Assembly (NCBI GenBank): GCA_044450645.1
Contig: JBIOJG010000022.1
Span: forward strand, 15,205-79,204
DNA length: 64,000 nucleotides
Direction: 5' to 3'
Source of the DNA: Candidatus Binatia bacterium
GTDB lineage: Bacteria; Desulfobacterota; Binatia; HRBIN30
Shown here piece by piece: positions 57,279 through 64,000 of the stretch; position 1 is the first letter of the stretch; each line of letters starts with the position of its first letter. The position numbers were made by a program, and so were the translations under genes. The notes beneath the pieces are model-generated. The model saw only the letters and a list, made by a program, of their open reading frames with translations, ran no database searches and was not told the origin of the DNA.

Positions 57279-58520
57279 TCACTCATTGCTGCAAACCCGG
57301 TACGTCGCATCGAGCAATCCTTTCTGCAGGGACGGAGGCACCCCCGAAGCCGTGAGGCCCCTGCGTAGGGTCGCGTCGAGCCGATCACGTGCCGGTGACG
57401 GACCCAGCCACGGCCGGCAGCGGGACGCTTCCGCAATGATCTGATCGCTCGCCGCGGCGACCGCGGTGCGCAGCTGCGTCAGCGAAAGGTCTGCCGCCAC
57501 CGATGCGGCAGGGGTGGACCTCTCGACGGCCTTCGCGGCTTCGATCTGCACCCGAAAGAGTTCCGCCACGTCGTCTGGATTCAATCGGACGGTCGCGGCC
57601 GCGGCACGCACGTGTTCCAGCACCCGCGCCTCTTGCTGCGGGTCTTCGATCGGCAGGTGCTCACGCTGTTTGACCGCAACCACCAGCGGCATCAACTGCA
57701 AGCGCAAGTCGATGGCCGCCGCCAAGGCCTCGAAGCCGGCTTGCGCCGGAGTGAGCGCGAAGCGGTCGCCGAACCATTGCCGGCGTTGCTGATCGAGCCA
57801 GCCGTCGGCCTCGCGAGCGACCAGCCACTCGTTGACGTCCCGCAAAAGGTCGCCAGCACCGGGGGCGAGCGCGTAGGCTTTGCGGTCGCGTGTGAACGGT
57901 CCGATCGTCACGAACCGCTTGGCGGGCCAGGTGCGCGCTTCCAGCGCTTCGCTGATGGCCACGTCGATGTTACCGCGTTGCAGGATGCCGGGCAGCGAGG
58001 CGTTCTCCGCCACCGGCAGCAGGCGAGCGTGGCTGAAACGCTGGCGCGCCACCTGTTCGAGATGGCCGCCGGCATTGACCCCTATCCGCACGCCGCTGCG
58101 ATCGAGATCCGCAAGGCTGCGGAATCTGGCGCGGTCATGCTTCCGGATGACGGCCACCGCACCGGTGACGACGTATGGCCGAGTGTAGAGGATTTGCACC
58201 GCTCGATCCGGGCGCAGCGTCACGCCACTCATCGCCATATCGAACGCGCCGGCCTCCAACTGCCGCACGAGATCCGGCCAGCGGAAGGGCGTGAACTCGA
58301 TCGGACGACCGAGATCGGCCGCCAAACGCCGCGCCACTACGATATCGAACCCGGTGAAGCCACCGTCCGCATCGCGGATACTGAACGGCGCGTAATCCCC
58401 GCTCGTGCCGACCCGGAGCACCGCCGGAGTGCTGTCGGCAACGGCAGCGGTAAGCTGCGTCAGGAAGATGATGGCCGCCAGCGCGGCGCAGACACGAGAC
58501 CTACCCGTGAACTCCCTCAT
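57279..58520 (-). CDS. Secreted fusion protein: family-3 solute-binding (cyclohexadienyl-dehydratase-like) domain plus C-terminal AroQ chorismate mutase domain
   Basis: Signal peptide MREFTGRSRVCAALAAIIFLTQLTAAVA. PBP type-3 region (LRVGTSGDYAPFS...). C-terminal type-II CM helix LRLQLMPLVVAVKQREHLPIEDPQQEARVLEHV. Confidence 0.65.
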   Translation of the reverse strand: MREFTGRSRVCAALAAIIFLTQLTAAVADSTPAVLRVGTSGDYAPFSIRDADGGFTGFDIVVARRLAADLGRPIEFTPFRWPDLVRQLEAGAFDMAMSGVTLRPDRAVQILYTRPYVVTGAVAVIRKHDRARFRSLADLDRSGVRIGVNAGGHLEQVARQRFSHARLLPVAENASLPGILQRGNIDVAISEALEARTWPAKRFVTIGPFTRDRKAYALAPGAGDLLRDVNEWLVAREADGWLDQQRRQWFGDRFALTPAQAGFEALAAAIDLRLQLMPLVVAVKQREHLPIEDPQQEARVLEHVRAAAATVRLNPDDVAELFRVQIEAAKAVERSTPAASVAADLSLTQLRTAVAAASDQIIAEASRCRPWLGPSPARDRLDATLRRGLTASGVPPSLQKGLLDATYRVCSNE

Positions 58521-58573
58521 GAGCGGCTACGGTTGACACGCCAGCGAGGCAGAGGCAAGAGAGCAAGAGACCG

Positions 58574-59068
58574 ATGGCACAACTCACACAAGTGGAATTT
58601 CAACAAGCGATCGCCATGCTGGCGAATGAAATGGGGCTGCAGCGTCTGCGCGATCGCTTTGTACGGCTCAACGCATTAGTCACGCGGCGCAAGGTGGCAT
58701 CACCACAGGCGCTGGCTGACCAGCTCTTCCTGCTGTCGGCGGGCCTGCGGCGCCAGGTTCCCGCGACCTACGCCTTCCATGTAGTCTGGAGCGAGCAGCT
58801 CAACACCAAGGTCGGCGAGGAGGGCGAGAAGAACCTCGAGAAGATCGCCGAAGGCGTCAACGCCTGCCTCGGAAAGGACGAGGAGATTCTCCCGGAGAAG
58901 GCCACCGACCTGGACGCAGCCCTGGCCGAGTACGAGCGAGCGCTGAGCACCGCCGTGGGACAGGAAATGGCGCGCATGGAAATGCTGCTCAAAGCGGTGC
59001 CGGCAGTCGCCGCGAAACTGCGTGCCGCGCCATCGCCGAAGCCCACGCTGGAAGACGCGCCACAGTAG
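58574..59068 (+). CDS. Hypothetical protein (164 aa, alpha-helical)
   Basis: GC3-rich ORF with a plausible RBS. No recognised motif. Confidence 0.4.
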   Translation: MAQLTQVEFQQAIAMLANEMGLQRLRDRFVRLNALVTRRKVASPQALADQLFLLSAGLRRQVPATYAFHVVWSEQLNTKVGEEGEKNLEKIAEGVNACLGKDEEILPEKATDLDAALAEYERALSTAVGQEMARMEMLLKAVPAVAAKLRAAPSPKPTLEDAPQ

Positions 59069-59161
59069 CGAGAGAACGCTTTCACCCCGAGCCTCTTGGG
59101 ACTATCTATAAACGGGAGATAGACCCTTCGACAAGCTGCCCATGAACCGTTCGTCGAGGTT

Positions 59162-59199
59162 CCCCTCCTTAAGGAGGGGGTTCATTGGCCCAATGAACC
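59162..59199. promoter_or_regulatory. Two adjacent perfect palindromes: CCCCTCCTTAAGGAGGGG and GGTTCATTGGCCCAATGAACC
   Basis: Seen directly, between the hypothetical gene and murE. A third hairpin CTATCT-n9-AGATAG lies at 59102-59122. Terminator or protein-binding sites. Confidence 0.4.
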
Positions 59200-59351
59200 C
59201 CGCGCGCGAGGTTCAAATCTCAGGGTGAGCGGAATTCTTCTTTGAAAATGAATACCCAACCGCTCGTGCTGAGCTTGTCGAAGCACTGTTTGCGAGAAAA
59301 CCGACACTTCCCGGAGGGGGAGGAAACCGGGTACGTGCCGGTCCGCTGTTC

Positions 59352-60863
59352 ATGAAACCTCTTTCCGATCTGCTGCGCGGCATTGCTGCCGAGGTGCTCT
59401 CGGGTAATCCCGACACTGCGGTGCGCGCCATTGCTTCCGACTCGCGCACCGTGCAGCCGGGCGATGTCTTCGTCTGTCTTCCCGGCTACCGCACCGAAGG
59501 TGGCGAGATGCGGGCCGACCGGCACGACTTCATTCCCATGGCCGTCGAGCGGGGGGCCACGGCGCTGGTCGTCGAGCGCGCCGTCGTCCCCCCGCCCGGG
59601 GTGACGGTGGTCCAAGTCGCCGACTGCTGGGGTGCCATCGCCGCCATGGCCTGCGAATTCTTCCATCACCCGTCACGCGCACTCGTGATGATCGGCGTCA
59701 CCGGCACCAGCGGCAAGACCTCGACGACGTATTTCATCGAATCGATGCTCCGCGCCGCAGGCATTCCCACGGCGCGGCTCGGTACCATCGAGTATCGCTT
59801 TGGCGACACCGTCATCCCTGCACAGCAAACCACGCCCGAGGCCCCCGAGTTGCAACGCCTGCTGCGCCAGGCTGTCGACGGCGGATTCAAGGCGGTGGTA
59901 ATGGAGGTGTCGTCGCATGCGCTCGAGTTGCGGCGCGCAGCGGGGGTCGCTTTCGACGTCGCCGTGTTCACCAACATCAGCCAGGACCATCTCAACTTCC
60001 ATCCCGATATGCATCACTACCGGCGCGCCAAGGGCCGCTTGTTCGAAGAACTCGCCAGCGGCGGCAAGGCCGCAACCGCCATCGTCAATGCGGATGACGG
60101 CAGCAGTGCGTACATCATCGGGATCAATCGCGGCGCGCTGCTGACCTACGGCATTCGGCAGCCCGCGGATGTGCGCGGGCGCGACATTACGGTCAGCCTC
60201 CACGGCACGACGTTTCACGCAACCACACCGGCCGGCGCATTCACCGTGGAATTGCCGCACGTCGGCGACTATCACGTGTACAACGCGCTCGCCGCCATCG
60301 GTGTCGGCCTGGCGTTGCGGTTGGATCTGGCGGATGTGCGCTCCGGACTGGCCGGGACACCGCCGATTCCGGGTCGATTCGAACTCGTGGAGTGCGGCCA
60401 GAACTTCACCGTCGCGGTCGACTATGCTCATAAGCCGGACGCCTTGGAGCGGCTGCTGCGCGGCGCCCGCGCCCTCGGACCCAAGCGCATCCTGACGGTC
60501 TTCGGTTGCGGCGGTGATCGCGATCGCGGCAAGCGCTCAATTATGGGCCGTCTCGCAACGGAGCTGAGCGACGTGGTCATCGTCACTTCAGACAACCCGC
60601 GCTCTGAGAATCCGGAGCAGATCATCGCGGAGATCCTGGCCGGCGTGGGGGAGGCGACAGGAACGGCCGCACGCGTGCGGACAGAGGTCGACCGCGCCCG
60701 CGCCATCGAGACCGCCATGCGGCTGGCTGAGCCCGGCGATCTCGTCCTCATCGCCGGCAAAGGCCACGAGACCTATCAGCTCTTCGCCGATCACCGGGTA
60801 CACTTCGACGACCGCGAGCAGGCGCGGCAGGCGTTGGCGCGGCTGAACCTCGCGCCTCGCTGA
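59352..60863 (+). CDS. murE: UDP-N-acetylmuramoyl-L-alanyl-D-glutamate--2,6-diaminopimelate ligase
   Basis: Mur ligase motifs GVTGTSGKTST, DNPR..NP and a MurE-specific C-terminus. It stands alone rather than in a dcw cluster within this window. Confidence 0.9.
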   Translation: MKPLSDLLRGIAAEVLSGNPDTAVRAIASDSRTVQPGDVFVCLPGYRTEGGEMRADRHDFIPMAVERGATALVVERAVVPPPGVTVVQVADCWGAIAAMACEFFHHPSRALVMIGVTGTSGKTSTTYFIESMLRAAGIPTARLGTIEYRFGDTVIPAQQTTPEAPELQRLLRQAVDGGFKAVVMEVSSHALELRRAAGVAFDVAVFTNISQDHLNFHPDMHHYRRAKGRLFEELASGGKAATAIVNADDGSSAYIIGINRGALLTYGIRQPADVRGRDITVSLHGTTFHATTPAGAFTVELPHVGDYHVYNALAAIGVGLALRLDLADVRSGLAGTPPIPGRFELVECGQNFTVAVDYAHKPDALERLLRGARALGPKRILTVFGCGGDRDRGKRSIMGRLATELSDVVIVTSDNPRSENPEQIIAEILAGVGEATGTAARVRTEVDRARAIETAMRLAEPGDLVLIAGKGHETYQLFADHRVHFDDREQARQALARLNLAPR

Positions 60864-60903
60864 TCGTCTATCGGAAGAGCTTCAGATCCTCAGCGATCTG
60901 CGA

Positions 60904-61833
60904 TCAGCGAGGCTGTCCGCGCAATTCGTGCATGCCGTGGACGATCGAGACCACATCGACCGGGGCATCGAACGGTTCTCCACGAAACTCGCGATAGGCG
61001 CGCTCGACATTGAAAAGCAGCCGCTCTGGTTCGGTCCAAGTGGCATACGGCCCACGATCTATTCGTTTCGCCGCCTCCAGAGCCGAAAGCCCGGCGTCGA
61101 AGAACCGTTGGGACTCGGCCCGCACGTATTGCAGGTAGGCCTTCATTTCGCGTGGCCCTTCGATTCCGCACAGCGGCCCGTGGCCGGGAACAATCACCTC
61201 GGGATTCAGCGCAACAATATGGTCGAGTGCCTCGATCCACCTGGCAAAGGTCCCCTCCCAGCCGATCGGCGTGCACAGGCGAAACAGGACATCGCCGGTA
61301 AACACCACCCGTTGCTCGGGGAGATGGGCAATGACGTCCCCGGCCGTATGCGCGGGTCCCACGTAGATCAACCGCACGAGAATGCCATCGAGGTCGAGAT
61401 CCAGGGAGTCCTCGATGAGTGTCGTGGGCGGGGTCAGCTCGATTCCCGAGAAATCCCAATCCCCGAGCCCCCGCGCAAAGCTCGCCAGCGCCGGATCACC
61501 GCTGGCGGCGGCCTGCTGGAGCATCTGCATGGTCTCCGGCCGTTCTTTCGCCATCGCCGCGGCGCACAACCGGTGCCCGATGATCTCCGCACCGGGGAAG
61601 AGCTGGTTGCCCCAGCAGTGGTCCCCGTTGTGGTGCGTGTTGGCCACGCGTCGCGCCGGTCCCGTCCACACCCGGGTGTACTGCTCGATGAGCTGGCGCG
61701 TATGCGGCAGATCCCAGAACGTGTCGATGACTAGCCCACCACCGCGGTTGATGAAGCCCGAGTTGCTCGTGCCCAATCCTCGGTCCGCCTGCAGGCACGT
61801 GTACACATGTTTGGCGATCTCTTGCAGCTCCAT
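60904..61833 (-). CDS. MBL-fold metallo-hydrolase
   Basis: HxHxDH motif (THHNGDHCWG) plus downstream His and Asp ligands. Start at the internal ATG 61833 with an AGGAGG RBS. Confidence 0.75.
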   Translation of the reverse strand: MELQEIAKHVYTCLQADRGLGTSNSGFINRGGGLVIDTFWDLPHTRQLIEQYTRVWTGPARRVANTHHNGDHCWGNQLFPGAEIIGHRLCAAAMAKERPETMQMLQQAAASGDPALASFARGLGDWDFSGIELTPPTTLIEDSLDLDLDGILVRLIYVGPAHTAGDVIAHLPEQRVVFTGDVLFRLCTPIGWEGTFARWIEALDHIVALNPEVIVPGHGPLCGIEGPREMKAYLQYVRAESQRFFDAGLSALEAAKRIDRGPYATWTEPERLLFNVERAYREFRGEPFDAPVDVVSIVHGMHELRGQPR

Positions 61834-61862
61834 ACGATGGCCTCCTGGAAGTCGGGACATTT

Positions 61863-62822
61863 CTAAGGATTCACGACGTTGATCGGCTTTCCCGCAAGAA
61901 AGGCGTTGACGTTCGCCACGGTCACCGCCATCAAGCGGCGGCGGGCGGCCAGGCTGGCCCACGCCATGTGCGGCGTGATCACGCAGTTGCGTGCGTGCAG
62001 CAGCGGATTGTCCGGCAGCATCGGTTCCACCGACACGACGTCCAATCCTGCGCCCGCAAGTTGGCCGCTGTTCAACGCATCGGCCAGCGCCTGCTCGTCA
62101 ACAAGCTGGCCACGCGCCGTATTGATCAAGAAGGCCGAGGGTTTCATGCGGCTCAGGAGCTGGCGGTTGACAAAGCGGGCATTGGAGTCCGTCAGCGGGC
62201 AGTGCAGGCTGACAACGTCCGCAGCGGAGAATACCGCCAGCATGTTCTTCCACGCGAACGGTTGATACCCGGGCTGTGCCGCTGAAGAGCCACCCGCGGC
62301 CATGACCGACATTCCGAAGGCATGGGCGATCGCACCCACCCTCTGGCCGATGCGTCCGAAGCCGATGATGCCCATCGTCAGGCCAGCCAGCTCGATGGGC
62401 GGAGTCTTCCAGAAACAGAAGTCCTGCGCTCTCACCCACTCGCCGGCCATCACCGCCGCGCTATGCACACCCGCCTGATGGCACAGCTCCAGCAACAGCG
62501 CGAAGACATGCTGTGCTACGGAATCGGTCCCGTACTCCGGCACGTTGGACACCGGAATGCCGCGTTGCCGTGCCGCGGCCACGTCGACCACGTTGTAACC
62601 AGTTGCCAGTACGGAGACGAACCGCAGCTCCGGCAATTGGGCCAACGTCTGTGCCGTCAAAGGGACCTTGTTCACCAGCAGCACATCCGCCAAGCGGGCA
62701 CGCGATAGCAGGTGTTCCACCGGCGTACGATCGTACACCGTGAGCTCACCGAACCGGGCAAGGTCATCCCAGGGGTTGTCTCCCGGGTTGACGGTATAGC
62801 CGTCAAGCACGACTATCTTCAT
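61863..62822 (-). CDS. D-isomer-specific 2-hydroxyacid dehydrogenase (glycerate/hydroxypyruvate-reductase-like)
   Basis: GIIGFGRIGQRVG NAD-binding motif and catalytic R/E/H arrangement (INTARGQLVDE...ITPHMAW). Confidence 0.85.
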   Translation of the reverse strand: MKIVVLDGYTVNPGDNPWDDLARFGELTVYDRTPVEHLLSRARLADVLLVNKVPLTAQTLAQLPELRFVSVLATGYNVVDVAAARQRGIPVSNVPEYGTDSVAQHVFALLLELCHQAGVHSAAVMAGEWVRAQDFCFWKTPPIELAGLTMGIIGFGRIGQRVGAIAHAFGMSVMAAGGSSAAQPGYQPFAWKNMLAVFSAADVVSLHCPLTDSNARFVNRQLLSRMKPSAFLINTARGQLVDEQALADALNSGQLAGAGLDVVSVEPMLPDNPLLHARNCVITPHMAWASLAARRRLMAVTVANVNAFLAGKPINVVNP

Positions 62823-62881
62823 ACCGATCTTGGCCGCCGACTCGTCTGGCCTATGATCTATTGAGACAATGCGTCAGGGAG

Positions 62882-63172
62882 TCAATGGCCCGATCTGCTT
62901 GACCGTCTCTGAGCACGCTCCTCTGGATGGCGAAGCGCCAGCATATGCACGCAGGTTCCGAGGCGGATGCGCCGCGTGCGGCCGGCGAAGCACGCAAGCG
63001 TCTGCAACGGGTCGAGGATGGGCGCCGGAAACGCAATGTGATCGCCCGCCCACAAGGAATCGAAGCCGAGGGCTTCCACGTCCGCTGCCAGGGCACCGAG
63101 CGCGTTGGCGTCAGAGAGCTGGCCGAGGAGGAGTCCAACCCGCATCCGGTACGCCATCCGTAAGTTCAACAT
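62882..63172 (-). pseudogene. N-terminal fragment (~95 aa) of an LLM-class flavin-dependent oxidoreductase, truncated
   Basis: MRVGLLLGQ...LGFDSLWAGDHIAF...RIRLGTCVHMLALRHP matches the luciferase-like monooxygenase N-terminus, but a stop after ~95 aa leaves the expected ~300 aa incomplete. Overlaps the kinase 3' end. Confidence 0.4.
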
Positions 63173-64000
63173 GCGGAACTAGCTCAGGTTGGCCGGACCG
63201 GGCAAGCGTCGCTGCATCGGTCTTCACGGGTCTGATGGGGAAATGAACAGTCACCGTGGTGCCCTGTCCTACCGTGCTACCGATCGCAATTCTCCCTCCG
63301 TGCGCCTTCACAATCGCTTCGACGATAAAGAGTCCAAGTCCCGACCCCTCGATGGGGCTGCTAGGCGCTTGGCAGCGATACTTCTCGAAAATGAGCGGCA
63401 GCTCACTCGGTGGAATGCCCGCGCCGTTGTCACGGACCTCCAGGACGATCTCGTCGGCGGCCACGCGCCCGACGGACACTGAGACCGTCCCCTCCGCTGG
63501 CGTGAACTTGATGGCATTGCCGACGAGGTTGGTGATGACCCGCTCCACCTGCACCGGGTCGACATACAAGAACGGCAAGTTGGGTGCGACCGTCCAGTGA
63601 AGCGCCACGTTCTTGATATCACTGGCGTTGCGCGCCAGTAGGAGAACGTCCTCCACCACGTTTGCCAGGTTCGTCGCTCGCCGTTGCAGGACGAGCCAGC
63701 CGGCATCAATGCGGGCCGCATCGATGAGGTTGAGCGCGAGCGTGACGACGTGTTGGGTGGTCGCGTGGAGGCGCTGGGCAAGTCTCCTCTGCCGCTCGGT
63801 GAGCGGGCCGCCATCACCGTCCAGCAGCAGAGTGGCTAAAGCCTGGATGACACCGAGCGGGTTCTTGAGGTCGTGACTGAAGGTTGAAAGGAACTCCCTC
63901 CTGAGCTCGCGGGTACGAGAGTCTTCCGCCTCCCGCTCGCGGTTGCGTGCCTCTCCCACTAGGTGGCCGAAGAAGAGCGCCACTGCAAACAGAAACGGGA
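63111..64000 (-). CDS. Sensor histidine kinase, C-terminal part (N-terminus beyond the window)
   Basis: HisKA H-box FSHDLKNPL, HATPase_c N/G1/G2 boxes (NLVGNAIKFT; DNGAGIP; GSGLGL). The frame stays open to the window edge. Confidence 0.7.
   Translation of the reverse strand, partial: PFLFAVALFFGHLVGEARNREREAEDSRTRELRREFLSTFSHDLKNPLGVIQALATLLLDGDGGPLTERQRRLAQRLHATTQHVVTLALNLIDAARIDAGWLVLQRRATNLANVVEDVLLLARNASDIKNVALHWTVAPNLPFLYVDPVQVERVITNLVGNAIKFTPAEGTVSVSVGRVAADEIVLEVRDNGAGIPPSELPLIFEKYRCQAPSSPIEGSGLGLFIVEAIVKAHGGRIAIGSTVGQGTTVTVHFPIRPVKTDAATLARSGQPELVPHVELTDGVPDAGWTPPRPAL

Noticed and set aside
59205-59230. tRNA-like GGTTCAAATCTC motif
   Set aside because: The flanking bases cannot form a T-stem or acceptor stem, and there is no anticodon arm. 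It is not a tRNA gene or an obvious att-site remnant.

Overview
High-GC (~65-70%) bacterial chromosomal segment carrying about 60 protein-coding genes; I found no rRNA or tRNA genes and no CRISPR array. The gene content is deltaproteobacterial-like (Rokubacteria/NC10-type is equally possible). I ran no database searches; all calls rest on motif and family recognition in the translated ORFs.

Core metabolism and housekeeping:
- 947-6268 (+): a 2-oxoacid:ferredoxin oxidoreductase operon (fused gamma-delta, alpha, beta), a phenylacetate-CoA-ligase-family enzyme and a VOC/glyoxalase protein.
- 12461-17381 (+): a molybdopterin oxidoreductase, an FAD-dependent oxidase and a creatinase-like M24 peptidase.
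- 38470-45675 (-): the operon pheA-hisC-tyrA-aroA-cmk-rpsA-ihfB, followed by a HIT-family gene.
- Single genes for thiI, gloA, radA, murE, an MltD-like lytic transglycosylase, two acyl-CoA dehydrogenases, two crotonases, an SDR, a 2-hydroxyacid dehydrogenase, an MBL hydrolase, an adenylate cyclase-TPR protein and a partial sensor kinase.

More unusual content:
- A solo archaeo-eukaryotic PrimPol primase with a PriCT-1 domain (6318-7484).
- A DGQHR (DndB-like) protein with a small upstream ORF (31790-33377).
- A ChlI-like AAA+ ATPase and a VWA-domain gene pair driven by a near-consensus sigma70 promoter; their 132-nt spacer carries heptamer repeats and a 16-nt inverted repeat (34751-37955).
- A LuxC-like acyl-CoA reductase overlapping a class-III aminotransferase (45881-48488).
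- A hicAB toxin-antitoxin pair.
- A TAT-secreted MerP/HMA-like gene interrupted by an in-frame TGA, with a hairpin 13 nt downstream. It is either a selenoprotein candidate or a pseudogene. A divergent gene beside it encodes a 16-Cys lipoprotein (55206-56130).
- A periplasmic binding-protein/chorismate-mutase fusion.
- A secreted beta-helix protein (about 814 aa) whose Thr/Pro linker is encoded by tandem DNA repeats.
- A roughly 400-nt structured intergenic region between radA and mltD, and a roughly 800-bp low-GC gap.

Many long antisense ORFs in the six-frame track are high-GC artefacts and were not called.
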